A stretch of 64,000 bases of DNA from Eledone cirrhosa (taxonomy: Eukaryota): NCBI GenBank assembly GCA_964016885.1, contig OZ024757.1:14694001-14758000 (forward strand), given 5' to 3'. Shown here in pieces: positions 27,551 to 39,375 of the stretch. A program made the translations under genes and the position numbers. Below the pieces are notes generated by a model. That model had not been told where the DNA came from and did not search any database. It worked only from the letters and a program-made list of their open reading frames with translations. Within the stretch, counting starts at the first letter, position 1. Every line of letters starts with the position of its first letter.

Positions 27551-28557
27551 GAAACTAAGTCAGAGAAGCGGGATAAGGACCAATTACATACATCCATAGT
27601 AACATCCCAGCATCTCTGAATGTCCCATTAGCATTAATGTAGCTCTCTAAAACATAGACAAAACCACACACTATTTTTAAGACATTCGACAATGTTTCAA
27701 GCAAGCTATAGTACCCTCCTATCTTGCTTTCTGCTTTTTTCTTCTTGTGGTAAAGGAGGGCAACTTCTTAGAAATGTGAAGAATATAATATATATATTGC
27801 ACATCTTTCGGTAAAAATCTATGGCAGCACAGAGGTATCATTGAAGAAGATTCATCACAAAATATTCTCCAATATTTTCATTCTTAGGACAGAATCAGGA
27901 GAAGGGAGACAACGATGGGGGAGGAGGAATTTCTTTTTAGTGTTTCTCATTTATTTCAACATGTGTGTATCAGTCTGTCTTTCTGTGTGTATGACTATGT
28001 GTGTATATGTGTGTATATGTGTGTGTGTGCATATATATGTATGAGTGTGTTCTACACGTATGTATATGTATGTTCTATTTAACCTTTTGCACGCTAGAAA
28101 TATTTATAAATTCCTTCCCTTAACACTGCATTATTTGTTAAAGGGAGATAACTCTATTGGCGACATAATGCACCTATAGCTTCCAGAAGGTTAAATAGAA
28201 AAAAATCTCTTCTATATTCCTTCTTGCTTTAATTCTTCTTCTTCTGTTCTTTTGTTCTTCCTATCTTTCTTCTGTCCATTTCTTTCTTTCATTCTTCCAA
28301 GCTTTCCTTCTGTTTTTCATTCTTCTCGTCTTTTTTTCATCCTTTCCTCCTTCCTGTCTTTCTTTCTTTGTCATTTCACTTTCAAATATTTTTGTTTTGT
28401 TGGTTCTTTTTTTTTTTTCAATTTTCTGGACACTTTTTTTTCTATTCAAAATGTGAGAATTTAATTTTTTAAATCTTAATAATTCGGATTAATTTTCACT
28501 TGTCTCAAATTTGTTTCACCCAACAAACACACATGGTATGATGTTGAGCAGAGTACT

Positions 28558-28626
<69 letters not shown>

Positions 28627-28633
28627 ATATATG

Positions 28634-28696
<63 letters not shown>

Positions 28697-28787
28697 ATAT
28701 ATATATACATATATATATACACACACATATATATTTACACACATATATATATATATACATACATTTATATATATATTTATTTATGTG

Positions 28788-28837
<50 letters not shown>

Positions 28838-28860
28838 CATTTATATACATATTTATTTAT

Positions 28861-28903
<43 letters not shown>

Positions 28904-28926
28904 CATTTATATACATATTTATTTAT

Positions 28927-28993
<67 letters not shown>

Positions 28994-29027
28994 CATTTAT
29001 ATACATATTTATTTATGTGTGTATGTG

Positions 29028-29065
<38 letters not shown>

Positions 29066-29188
29066 TATACATATATATATACATTTATATATACATATAT
29101 TTAAATATATATATATATACATATATATATACATTTATATATACATATATTTAAATATATATATATATATTTATATATATATACATAC

Positions 29189-29235
<47 letters not shown>

Positions 29236-29451
29236 TACATATATATATATATACATATATACATATATATATATACATAGATATAGATAGGTAAATATAC
29301 ACGGGTGTGTATGATTGTGTATAGAAGATTATATTAATAAGAGGAATTCCAACTTTGTCTGATTTACTCGTTTTATTTACAATCCTTTAAAATATATATA
29401 ATGGTATTATAATGAAATAGTATGATAGAATATTGAATTCTAAGTGTTAAT

Positions 29452-29490
29452 TGAACAAGTACTTTCATGCTTTCGCAATCTTCAGGTTCA
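29452..29490 (-). ncRNA. Minimal hammerhead ribozyme, family E (mirror copy)
   Basis: Exact reverse complement in the left arm of palindrome 29330-29724. Confidence 0.8.
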
Positions 29491-29563
29491 TAATGTGTGG
29501 TGACAGTCGAGTTTGCAATTTTCAACAGTTGAAAATTGCAAACTCGACTGTCACCACACATTA

Positions 29564-29602
29564 TGAACCTGAAGATTGCGAAAGCATGAAAGTACTTGTT
29601 CA
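29564..29602 (+). ncRNA. Minimal hammerhead ribozyme, family E
   Basis: tgaac CTGAAGA t-tgc-GAAA-gca-t GAAA gtac TT gttca. GNRA-capped stem II and palindromic GTAC stem III. Confidence 0.8.
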
Positions 29603-29789
29603 ATTAACACTTAGAATTCAATATTCTATCATACTATTTCATTATAATACCATTATATATATTTTAAAGGATTGTAAATAAAACGAGTAAATCAGACAAA
29701 GTTGGAATTCCTCTTATTAATATATATACATATATATATATATACATATATACATACATATATATATATACACATATATTTATATGTAA

Positions 29790-29846
<57 letters not shown>

Positions 29847-30094
29847 ATGTATATGTATATAAGTGTGTATCTCTGTGTGCAGTGGCGGTGATGTGGCAAA
29901 TGGCAATGATCAGAATGGCAATAACAACAGCTCTGTAGAGTTATGTTGATGAAAGAGGGGGAGGAAGAGGAGGAGGAAGAAGAGGAGGAGCAAATGTTGG
30001 GTTTTTCCCCCATGTATCTGTCTATTTACTGTGTGTGTCTCTGTCTATATGTGAATTTTGAAAGTAATATAGTCAATATCATTATTATTGTTAT

Positions 30095-31052
30095 TACTCT
30101 TTGAGTCTCAGTCATTGATGTTAGTTAACTGGAAAGTCCGTTGGATTGAATATCAAGCCACTACCTGTAGCCTCATATATTCAGGACGTATCGGAGGGTT
30201 CTTGCTGTTCCCAGCAAGCATGCCTTTTGAAGCGTTCCAAAAAGCGTGAAGGGGCCAATTTTCTTTAACCATTCCTGGAAACTTTTTGAGATAGTCCCTA
30301 GTGCGCCTATGACAATCGGGATCACTTTGACTTCATGGCAGTTCCAAATCCTTTAAGTCCTGGTATCGGTTAATTTTCTCCCTCTCCTTTTCTTGCACTC
30401 TCGTGTCGAATGGGCAGGCCATATCCACAATCAGGCACGATCTTTTTTCTTTGTCCACAACCACCAGGTCAGGTCTATTGTGTTCCAGTTTCTTGTCCGT
30501 CTGTATCCTAAAATCCCACAGCACCTTCACCTGATCGTTTTCTATCACCGACTCTGGCTTATGCTCATACCACTTCTCAGAATGTGGTAAATTGTTTACT
30601 TTGCATAGGTGCCAGTGGATCACCTTGCCCATCACATCATGTCTCCAGCCCTTATAGTGAGTCTGGGCTAGGTGTTTACACTCGGATACAATGTGAGCCA
30701 CAGTCTCCTCTCTCTCTCCACAGATTCTGCACAGTGGGCTAGCCTCCTCCTTGTAAATATGGTGTTTCAACCACTTCGTTTTGAGGGCCTGCTCTTGCGC
30801 AGCCATTAACATTCCTTCTGTAGCCTTTTTAAGGTCTCCTCTTTTCAACCAGTTCCATGTCTGTGGATCTCTAAATTCAGTTTTCTCAAAGAAGGTACTA
30901 TGAAGGGATTTTTCCTGAAGGCTGCTCTTTCTCCTTGATGTTATTTCCTCCTTGGACATCCCCTGGCCTATTGTCCCCTCCTTCAGTACAGTTCTGAGCA
31001 TTGGCTCCTTACTATCAGTCACGTATTTGTGTAGGTTGTTTTTCTCCATCTG
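30095..31052 (-). mobile_element. 5'-truncated R4/Dong-like (RLE) non-LTR fragment
   Basis: CRICGEREETVAHIVSEC, RHD and RPDLVVVD..IVDMACP..K..RY restriction-like endonuclease motifs. A 14-nt deletion relative to the 26 kb copy frameshifts the C-terminus. Flanked by TAA repeats. Confidence 0.85.
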
Positions 31053-31089
31053 AACATATTATTATTATTACTATTATTATTATTATTAC

Positions 31090-31271
31090 AGCTGCATTTA
31101 TCTTGCTTTATGTTCATACGAGTTATCACCAAGTCACAACCAGTGACCTCAAGAGACAACAAGGTCCGCCATGTTCAAGAAAGAACATACATACACACAC
31201 ATGCATCTTTAGTGTTTAGACTTGTGATGTACTTATATTGACAGAATCTTCCTTAGTATATGTGCAGTTCC

Positions 31272-31272
<1 letters not shown>
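31090..31272 (-). mobile_element. 3' end of a second, diverged R4/Dong-like element
   Basis: Minus strand reads GTAHILRKILSI*, paralleling GTARTLRYVLNI* of the neighbouring family. Bounded by TAA repeats. Confidence 0.55.
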
Positions 31273-31311
<39 letters not shown>

Positions 31312-31524
31312 GAATGCCATGGTTGACGGAGGCTCGGCTCTGTAAGGTATAGTAATTTTTAACCGTTAAAACAATTGTAAATTGTTTAAAACTTGAACCA
31401 AATTGTTGATAAAGACACCCTCCTCCTCGTGAGAGGGGTCTTTCTGTCCGTTATTTGGCCCTTCGGGGTTAAATAACCAGTTATTGGGGTTTTGTACCCA
31501 AAATTTCATTTTAAACAAAAAAAC

Positions 31525-33621
31525 ATGGCTACCAAAAAGAAATTTCATACGTCACTCCCACTCATTCCGTCTTCTTCTTCCTCAATCATCACTACAGCAG
31601 AGAGAAGATTGTCTCTCTCCCTCCCTTCTTTAAATGTGTCTCTCTCCCTCCCTTCTCTTTCGCAAGTGACGAAAGAAAAGAAAAGTCTCGTGCAAAGCGT
31701 GCAAGGTTTCTCCACGACGACGACGACAGCGACGAAACAGGTGTGCGGGAAATACGAAAACCCAGTTCATACGTCTGACGTCAGGAATAATAGCAGTAGC
31801 AGCCGTAATAACAACAGCAACAGTGACAATGAAAACAACAGTAGCAGCCGCAACAGCATCACCAGCAGCATAAACAACAACAGCATTAGCAGCAGCAACA
31901 CCAACAACAACCACAGCAACAGCGGCGGAGGCAGTAGTCGTAGTACCTGCAGCAACAACAAAAGTACCAGCAGCTCTGACGACAACAACAACAGCAGAGA
32001 AAAACCAATCTCATTTGCAGGTATTGCGAAAAATTTGGAAACAATCCTCATAACAAATGAGGAATTAGAGGAAGCGAAGAAGATGGTGACAAAGAACGGA
32101 CACCGAGCAATCTGCAAGGCAGCGAAAAATTTTTTCGAAACCCAAGAGCACTGTACGGTCACGTACCGTACAGTAAGTACAAAATCCCGTAGGGTGGAAA
32201 GAGCCACAGAGGCCCAAATACAAAAAGCCTTGGGGTCTGTGTGGCAGCGGAAAACGCACATCACCCGAGGCAAAAAATATGCCACCGTAGACGTACTTTT
32301 TGCCACACCCCAGGAGGCAAAGGCCCAATCAGTAGTGACCCTAAGGAGCGAGGAAATGGTGTTGGTGCCCTCCTACTGTGGGCAAAAAATTGTGAGGGTC
32401 AAACTGACCCACGTCCCCCCCGGAATGACCCCTTCTTGGCTGGCCGCGTCTGTCCTCGTCGGAATCGAGGACAAAACAACTGTACTGCAAGTACAGAAAA
32501 AAGTAAGAGAAGATTGGGTCGGCTCCTCCATTGAGATGCTAATACAAACCAACCAGGAGTGCATCGAAGCTATCCCGGATGTGATAGACTTCGATAACGG
32601 CACTCAACTGCCCATAAGTGTTGAGGGCAAACGCCCGAAATGCTTTCGCTGTGGATCGAAGACTCACCTCAGGGCCTTCTGCAACGAGAAGACCCTGAGA
32701 AAGGAGAAAACCCCCCTCCTCCCGAATCCGGTTCCACGGCTACCAGCAACAGGACAAGCGGCAACCAGGAACGATAGGTCCGTGGCACCCATACCCACTC
32801 CACGGAAATCAAAGACAGCAGCAGCAGTGGAAATATTAACAACAACAACAGCAATACCAAATGCAGCTGCAACAGAGACTCCAGTGCAAACATCACCAAC
32901 AACAACAAGTGAAAGAGTGGAGCTGGTACCCCTCCCCGACCTTACAGAATCAGACATGGAGTGTGAGGTGGGAGAGGGATGGCAAAAGGTCTCAAGAAGG
33001 CACAAACGCAGAAGCAGCGCATCGTCGCCTTTGAAAAGGGAGGAAAGAAATGAGAAAAGGGTAAAGTCTACTGCAAAGAGACCCACAGCAGCAACACCAC
33101 CAACACCATCACCACCCACACCAGCACCACCATCACCACCGGCGACAACCCCACCGCCAACAACACCTTCAACACCACCACCACAAGCACCAACATCGCA
33201 AACACAACAACAAAACACACACACCCAGCAACAACGACAAGAAAATAGCAGAACCACACCCCACCCCCAGAAAAACAAATGCACGGCAATAAACACACAC
33301 AACAAGAAACTAATGACTTACATAATTGAACACACAGACATTTCACAACAGGACTACATAATACCAGCACCAATCAAAACGCCAACTAACATAAGACTGC
33401 TAAAAATAGCACAGAAACAATACACAAACATTAAAACGAAATTCCCCAACGCAGTTGGTGATTTCAGGGACCTAGGAGGAACCATTAATCGAAGAGTATA
33501 TTCAGACATTCTCTTAGAAGAGCCGACGACCAGCCGAAGGGACGATTCAACGGTCCCTTCACCAGACGATCAAGTGAAAAGGGATGTAAAAACCATCCCT
33601 CCTCTACCAAAAATACGGTAA
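31525..33621 (+). CDS. LINE ORF1 nucleic-acid-binding protein
   Basis: First ATG at 31525 (MATKKK). CCHC zinc knuckle CFRCGSKTHLRAFC, N/S-rich and P/T-rich low-complexity segments, and a WQKVSRRHKRR motif common in LINE ORF1s. Confidence 0.85.
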   Translation: MATKKKFHTSLPLIPSSSSSIITTAERRLSLSLPSLNVSLSLPSLSQVTKEKKSLVQSVQGFSTTTTTATKQVCGKYENPVHTSDVRNNSSSSRNNNSNSDNENNSSSRNSITSSINNNSISSSNTNNNHSNSGGGSSRSTCSNNKSTSSSDDNNNSREKPISFAGIAKNLETILITNEELEEAKKMVTKNGHRAICKAAKNFFETQEHCTVTYRTVSTKSRRVERATEAQIQKALGSVWQRKTHITRGKKYATVDVLFATPQEAKAQSVVTLRSEEMVLVPSYCGQKIVRVKLTHVPPGMTPSWLAASVLVGIEDKTTVLQVQKKVREDWVGSSIEMLIQTNQECIEAIPDVIDFDNGTQLPISVEGKRPKCFRCGSKTHLRAFCNEKTLRKEKTPLLPNPVPRLPATGQAATRNDRSVAPIPTPRKSKTAAAVEILTTTTAIPNAAATETPVQTSPTTTSERVELVPLPDLTESDMECEVGEGWQKVSRRHKRRSSASSPLKREERNEKRVKSTAKRPTAATPPTPSPPTPAPPSPPATTPPPTTPSTPPPQAPTSQTQQQNTHTQQQRQENSRTTPHPQKNKCTAINTHNKKLMTYIIEHTDISQQDYIIPAPIKTPTNIRLLKIAQKQYTNIKTKFPNAVGDFRDLGGTINRRVYSDILLEEPTTSRRDDSTVPSPDDQVKRDVKTIPPLPKIR

Positions 33622-33656
33622 GTGGTCTTTCCCATCTTTTCCACTCTATTTTAAAC

Positions 33657-36600
33657 ATGACCTCACTCAGAATAGGCAGCATAAATGCGCGTGGCTTGGG
33701 GTCGTCATGGAAGCAGGGTCACCTGCTCAACGACCTCAGGTCACTAAACATAGATGTAGTGGCCATCAGCGAGACCAGAATCTCCGAAGCACGGGCCTTC
33801 GCACCGATCTTCGGCGGCTACGATGTGTACGCATCTCCCAGCCGTCCTGGATCGGGTGGAGGAGTTGCTGTGCTTTTTCGGAGAGGTTTGGATCTCGCCA
33901 TACGGGCCATCTTCCTGGACCCAGAGGGTAAGCTGGTGGTGCTGGACGTGACCAGCGGAGACGGGCAAGCTTTCAGGCTAGTGGCCGTCTATGCCCCGAC
34001 AGGAGCAGGGCGGCCTGATTTCTTCCGGCGTCTGGAGACCTTTCTTGGAACGTCGCGCTCTTTAGTGTTAGTGGGCGACTGGAACGGGATCTTAGATGCA
34101 CGCTGGGACTGTGTGGGATTAGCGGATAGGGGTGGAGGGTGCAAGAGCCTCACCAACCTGCTCAGGCGTTTTGAACTGTCTGACAGGTACCGATTGGATT
34201 TCCCGAATGTGCCAATGTGGACTTGGACAAACCGCATAGGGTCATCCAGATCATATCTAGATAGAGTATTTTGTAGGGAAATAGATAGGTCTAGCATAGG
34301 CTGTCCACAATTCAAGATAGTCAGCTACACGGACCACAAATTCGTGATCTGTGTGCTTGACTTAGATAGGCTTCATAGACGAGGACCCGGCTACTGGAAG
34401 CTAAACGCGTCCTTACCAGCGCGCAAGGCCTACAGAGACCGGATTAGCGAACTAGTTAAGCGGGCGTTGACGGGGGCCATCGTCAACAACAAGTGGTGGT
34501 TTGCTCTGAAAAGAGCGATTAGAATAGAATCGATTAGGTTTAGTAAGGCTTTAGCAATAGAGAAAAATAGAGCAGAGGGAGAACTAGTTAGAAAATTAGA
34601 CGAGGCGCTTAGCAAAGGCATTGCGACCGACGTGCTTGCGGCGAAATTGGCCCTTGACCAATTCTTCAATGCAAAGCACGAAGGCTGCGTTGTCAGAGCT
34701 AGGGTGCGTGCTCTCAGACACGAGGGGACGAAAGCCGTTCAATGGGCCCGAGTGGCGGAGGCGCGTCGTGGCAACAAAGCCACGATCCGGTCTTTGGTGG
34801 ACCACGACGGGCGCATGCTACTCGATCCCGGGCAAATGTGTGAAGCTTTTCAGCGACACTTCGCTCAGCTGTTCGGGGGCAGCGGGGGGCCGGGTAGAGG
34901 GATGGACTTTAGTGTCTACCTCGACGGACTGCCGCGGCTCTCGGCCACTGAGGCGAAGTGTTGCGAAAAGCCGATAACAGCCGCTGAAGTAAGGGAGGCA
35001 ATGACTGGCTGCACAAGGGGTAAATCGCCTGGTTTGGATGGTCTGCCCTATGAACTTTACGTACAGATGCCAGACTTGTTCGGAGGCCTCTTGGCGGACG
35101 TCTACTGCAACTGGCAACAGAACGGGAGAATTCCCAGTTCTGTGAGCCGAGGAGCGGTGGCACTGCTGAGAAAGGATCCGAACAAGGGGGATAACATAGA
35201 CAATTTCCGGCCCATAACTCTGCTAAACACAGAGTTTAAGATTTTGGCCAAGGTGCTAGCAAAGAGGTTGGCGCTTGTCGTTGGTGGTCTGGTGGGAGAG
35301 GCGCAGACATGCGCCATTCCCGACAGATCCATCCACGACAACCTCCACCTCATGCGATACATCGTAGAGAGGGTAGCTAGGGAACCTGGCACGGGTGGGT
35401 CCTTGATCAATTTAGATCAGTCGAAAGCTTTCGATAGGGTCGACCATCGTTACCTAGCGGCAGTCCTGAGGGCGGCTGGCTTTGGGCCCGTCTTCAGAGG
35501 CTGGATCGCTGCCATGCACAGCGACATCTGCTCTGTGGTGAGAGTGAACGGTCACCTGTCGGAACCGTTCAACATCATGCGCTCGGTCCGCCAAGGATGT
35601 CCCCTCTCGTCCCTCTTGTACGTATTGACTCTCGAGCCATTACTGCACAAACTGGAGACGTTGAGGGGAGTCCCGCGCGAACTAGGATGCGGAAGATCCG
35701 TGTCAGCATATGCGGACGATGTCACCGTAGTGGTGTCGAACGCCAAACACATCGAGGCGATCGGCACTACACTAAGAGAATACGAAGCGGTGACAGGAGC
35801 AATGATCAACCAGGAAAAGTCAGTGGGCCTGCAGCTCGGCACCTGGAGAGGCAGGTCCATGCCGTCCAACAGCGTCGTCGGGCGCTGGACGGACGGACCG
35901 GTTAAATTGCTAGGGGTCTGGTTCGGTCCGGACCTCCAGACGGACAAAAACTGGGACGAGGTGACGAGCAGGGTGGCTTCTCTCACCCAGAAATGGGCGG
36001 AGAGGAAGCTATCCCTGAAAGGTCGAGCGGAGGTGGCTAACGCGTACATCGCGTCTGTCATCTGCTACCGCCTAACCGTCGTACCTTGTCCTAAGCCTCG
36101 CCTGACTGCGCTGGAGCGTTTGCTCTTTCGCTTTTTGTGGAAGGGACGTGCTCCGATGGTCAGGCGGTCCATCTGTTGTCAACACCCGCTACGTGGAGGG
36201 CTGGGCATGCCGTGGCTGATGATGCGCAGGCACGCGCTCAGGCTACGACATCTCCACCTCTTCCTCGACGGTGATCAGGTGTGGTCGCCGTTTGCTAGAC
36301 GCGTTTTTCCCCAGCTCGTTTCCTTGACGGAGCTGCAGTCCTGGGTCAAGCGAAGACCGAGAGGGAGCGCCTGGAGACTGGAATGTCTTCAGGCGCTCAC
36401 AGCCCTCGACCAATCGGGCAATGTGATCGGTGGAAACTCCACCTCGGCGTTCTATAGAGGATTAGTGGAGGGGAAGAGCGACGACGTACTTGGGGAAACT
36501 CTAGGCGTCGACGAAAATCAACTAGCCAATCTCTTCGGAAGAACCTTCGGGCCAGGGCCTATGGACAACTTCCAGAAATCTCTGGCCTGGCAGTGCTACC

Positions 36601-37076
36601 GAGGAGCCTTGCCAGTTCGGGATAAACTCTACAGGCATGGAGGTGCCGTCAGCCGGGCATGTCCGAGATGCGCGCAGGGCGACGAAACCGTCCTGCACGC
36701 ACTCGTCCAGTGTCCGAAAATTGCTGACTTGTGGGTTTATGTCGAACACCTGCTGTCGCGTTTAGGACGGATCCAGCTATCATCTGAGTCTATCGTGAGG
36801 ATTGCCCCGCCCTCCTCCTTTAGCCGGGAAGGGCAGGCAGTTTTTATCTGTCTGGTGGCCATGGCGAAAGAGATAGTATGGTGGACACGTTTGAAAGGGC
36901 TGAAGACGAGCACTTACCTCTTCGGTGATGCTCTGATTGACTTTTTCAAATTTCATTTGAAAAGGAAAATCAGAGTAGAGAAGGAAGTGCTCTCTTCCCA
37001 GCATTTTGTTGAAAGATGGGTGAGAGAAGCAAGAATGGCCCGAGTGAATGGGCCGACTCTGAGTATATATCTGTAA
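33657..37076 (+). CDS. LINE ORF2: APE endonuclease + reverse transcriptase + C-terminal CCHC
   Basis: APE motifs SINARGL, ISET, GDWN, YLDR and TDH. RT motifs KSPGLDG, FRPITLLN, LDQSKAFDRV, RQGCPLS and YADD. CPRC..ETVLHALVQC zinc finger. 1139 aa uninterrupted. Confidence 0.96.
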   Translation: MTSLRIGSINARGLGSSWKQGHLLNDLRSLNIDVVAISETRISEARAFAPIFGGYDVYASPSRPGSGGGVAVLFRRGLDLAIRAIFLDPEGKLVVLDVTSGDGQAFRLVAVYAPTGAGRPDFFRRLETFLGTSRSLVLVGDWNGILDARWDCVGLADRGGGCKSLTNLLRRFELSDRYRLDFPNVPMWTWTNRIGSSRSYLDRVFCREIDRSSIGCPQFKIVSYTDHKFVICVLDLDRLHRRGPGYWKLNASLPARKAYRDRISELVKRALTGAIVNNKWWFALKRAIRIESIRFSKALAIEKNRAEGELVRKLDEALSKGIATDVLAAKLALDQFFNAKHEGCVVRARVRALRHEGTKAVQWARVAEARRGNKATIRSLVDHDGRMLLDPGQMCEAFQRHFAQLFGGSGGPGRGMDFSVYLDGLPRLSATEAKCCEKPITAAEVREAMTGCTRGKSPGLDGLPYELYVQMPDLFGGLLADVYCNWQQNGRIPSSVSRGAVALLRKDPNKGDNIDNFRPITLLNTEFKILAKVLAKRLALVVGGLVGEAQTCAIPDRSIHDNLHLMRYIVERVAREPGTGGSLINLDQSKAFDRVDHRYLAAVLRAAGFGPVFRGWIAAMHSDICSVVRVNGHLSEPFNIMRSVRQGCPLSSLLYVLTLEPLLHKLETLRGVPRELGCGRSVSAYADDVTVVVSNAKHIEAIGTTLREYEAVTGAMINQEKSVGLQLGTWRGRSMPSNSVVGRWTDGPVKLLGVWFGPDLQTDKNWDEVTSRVASLTQKWAERKLSLKGRAEVANAYIASVICYRLTVVPCPKPRLTALERLLFRFLWKGRAPMVRRSICCQHPLRGGLGMPWLMMRRHALRLRHLHLFLDGDQVWSPFARRVFPQLVSLTELQSWVKRRPRGSAWRLECLQALTALDQSGNVIGGNSTSAFYRGLVEGKSDDVLGETLGVDENQLANLFGRTFGPGPMDNFQKSLAWQCYRGALPVRDKLYRHGGAVSRACPRCAQGDETVLHALVQCPKIADLWVYVEHLLSRLGRIQLSSESIVRIAPPSSFSREGQAVFICLVAMAKEIVWWTRLKGLKTSTYLFGDALIDFFKFHLKRKIRVEKEVLSSQHFVERWVREARMARVNGPTLSIYL

Positions 37077-37726
37077 ACTAAAGGTGGAAAACTGGGAGAG
37101 GGCACTTGCCTTGGTGGTCAGGGTCATTGTGGCTTTTTACTGGGCTTTCTCCACAAATGTCCCTCCGAAGTCTCCCCCCTATTGGGGAATTTTTCATTGT
37201 TATTTTCATTGTTATTTTTGTTACATCCTCTATTTTTGTTTTTTTTTACACGCAGAAATGCCCATTTGTACCGTCCTGCATTGTCCTGCACTGTCCTTAA
37301 TGTCTACTTTATGTAAACCCTTGTGGTTAATAAAGAAATCATTATTATTATTATTATTACTATTATTATTATTATTATTATTATTATTACTGTTTAATTG
37401 TTACGAGCAAGCTTTAGAAGCTATCAATGTTGCTGATGGCAATGAAAAGGTTAAAGAGGTTTTGTTTGTTTTAGGTTGTTTTTTTTTTTTTTGGTAGCCC
37501 CTGCCATAGGTATGTCTAAGTGAAGGCTGGCTGTTCTGTTGTTGGGTAAATGGGTGGGTGGGTGGGGTATATTTTCTTTGTTTTTTTTTCTCTTTTCAAA
37601 AGTCTGTTGTTGTTGTTGTTGTTGTTGTTTTCTATGTTTTTTTTTTGTTTTTGTTTATCATTTTGGAAGTGTCTTCAGGAAGGAAACCCACATACTACAT
37701 GTGCTAGTCACCCACATGATGGTCTG

Positions 37727-37759
37727 CTACGTTTCCTCTTCAGAGCAGTAATCTTTGCC
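37727..37759 (-). CDS. C1orf21: C1orf21-like gene, last coding exon (GKDYCSEEET*)
   Basis: Acceptor ttctcttgtgttccag, phase 0 continuing the previous exon. Matches the human C-terminus GRDYCSEEEDIT (recalled). Confidence 0.9.
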   Translation of the reverse strand, partial: GKDYCSEEET

Positions 37760-37786
37760 CTGGAACACAAGAGAATGAAGAAAACA

Positions 37787-38180
37787 TTAACCCTTTAGCA
37801 TTTACATTACTCTACATATACTATTGTATTTTCACCGTAAAGGCTTTATCTCACATATCTCACATTACTCTATATTTACTATTGTATTTTCACCGTAAAG
37901 TCTTTACCTCACATAAAATTTACATTACTCTATATTTACTATTATATCTTCACAGTAAAAGTTTTACCTCACATAACATTTACATTATTCTCTATATATT
38001 ATTGTATTTTCACCGTAAAGGCTTTACCTTACATAATATCTCATATAACATTTACATTACTCTATATTTTTATCGTAAAGGAATTATCTCACATAATATT
38101 TACACTATATATACTATTATATTTTCACCGTAAAGGCTTTACCTGACATAATTATCCACATAACATTTACATTACTCTAT
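37787..38180 (+). mobile_element. piggyBac-like MITE left end with about 60-bp degenerate tandem expansion
   Basis: Begins ttaaccctttagcatttacattactct as in 18358, then repeats cattactctatatttactattgtattttcaccgtaaagg. Lies in the last intron of the C1orf21-like gene. Confidence 0.6.
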
Positions 38181-38538
38181 ACACAACTCAAAACGCAGAT
38201 ATTTTCAAGGTAAGTAACTCTAAATTCATTCATAACGAAGGGAGATAATTCTAAAATCGTGACAATTTGCCGCTTATAAAAATATCCTCGAATGCAATGC
38301 TTTTTAACAGCTTCAACATATATTCCCGGAGCGAGTATTATTTTTTTCCCCTTCAGCTAATTACACTGAACTGTGATGTGGAATTGGTGGCTATGATCAG
38401 CACACGGATGATGTTACTTCCTTCTTCATAGAGGTCTGTTTTCTCTCGTTTACACAGCCAGACAGATAACAGTGATGAGATAAAATGATGCTCATCGACA
38501 TAGGAATGTTAGTGGACCCACAGTCGGAACTATAACTT

Positions 38539-38571
<33 letters not shown>

Positions 38572-38597
38572 CACATACACACAGAGACACACACATG

Positions 38598-38631
<34 letters not shown>

Positions 38632-39017
38632 TTTATATATACTTACACGCACTCACACATATATGTATACATACACAAACACATGTGTGTATATATATAT
38701 ACACACATATATATGATACATATACTTATATATATATATATATGATACATGTACATATATATATATATATATATGATACATATATATATATAATACATAT
38801 ATATGATACCTATACATATACATATATATATACACACAATACATATACATATATGTATATACTATACATGATATATATAAATATATATATATATATATCA
38901 TCATCATCATCGTTTAATGTCCATCTTCCAGGCTAGCATATATATATATTTATCAAATGCAGTCCCACAATTTCAACAAATCAAAAGGTCAACAGAAGGT
39001 GGGGTCAAGCTACTCAC

Positions 39018-39072
39018 CTGAGCAATTTTTTCATCTAACATTCTAAAAAATTTCAATTGACTACGTGTAATC
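39018..39072 (-). CDS. C1orf21: C1orf21-like gene, conserved exon (ITRSQLKFFRMLDEKIAQ)
   Basis: ctaac branch point, ttttcag acceptor, cag|gtgagt donor. The peptide matches the conserved C1orf21 motif ISESQQEFFRMLDEKIEK (recalled from the human protein). Absent from the ORF track. Confidence 0.9.
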
Positions 39073-39333
39073 CTGAAAATGACCAATGTAGAAATAGTTA
39101 GTGGTCAGTTGGTCAATAGGACTAGTCAGGACTAGTCAGGATTGACCATGTGATTTGCACCTAGAATGTTCCCCTTTGAGGCACAAGTCCGGGCAAGGTT
39201 GTTTGTGGAAGACCAGCAGTCACCCATGTATACCAGTCTCCCCTCTCCCTGCCACCGATGTTGTCCAAGGGAAAGGAAATGGCTGATACTGCCTGGCACC
39301 AGTGACGTTGCAACATATATATATATATATACA

Positions 39334-39375
<42 letters not shown>

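Larger units (their letters stand above)
29330..29724. repeat. Perfect palindrome, 197-bp arms with a 1-nt centre
   Basis: Symmetric about 29527; no arm mismatch found by eye. Confidence 0.95.
31312..37390 (+). mobile_element. Full-length Tx1/L1-clade non-LTR retrotransposon
   Basis: About 210-nt 5'UTR, two open ORFs 35 nt apart, AATAAA at 37329, and (ATT)n on both flanks. GC content is much higher than in the surroundings. Confidence 0.93.

Noticed and set aside
29373-29681. Two near-identical 76-aa ORFs on opposite strands
   Set aside because: A consequence of the palindrome; no ATG start or protein features.
33707-37127. Many overlapping antisense or alternative-frame ORFs in the LINE
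   Set aside because: Expected shadow ORFs of GC-rich coding sequence.
38397-38532. Possible extra exon (SDCGSTNIPMSM...)
   Set aside because: It lies between two exons that already join in frame to give the conserved motif, and the phase-0 reading stops after 6 codons.
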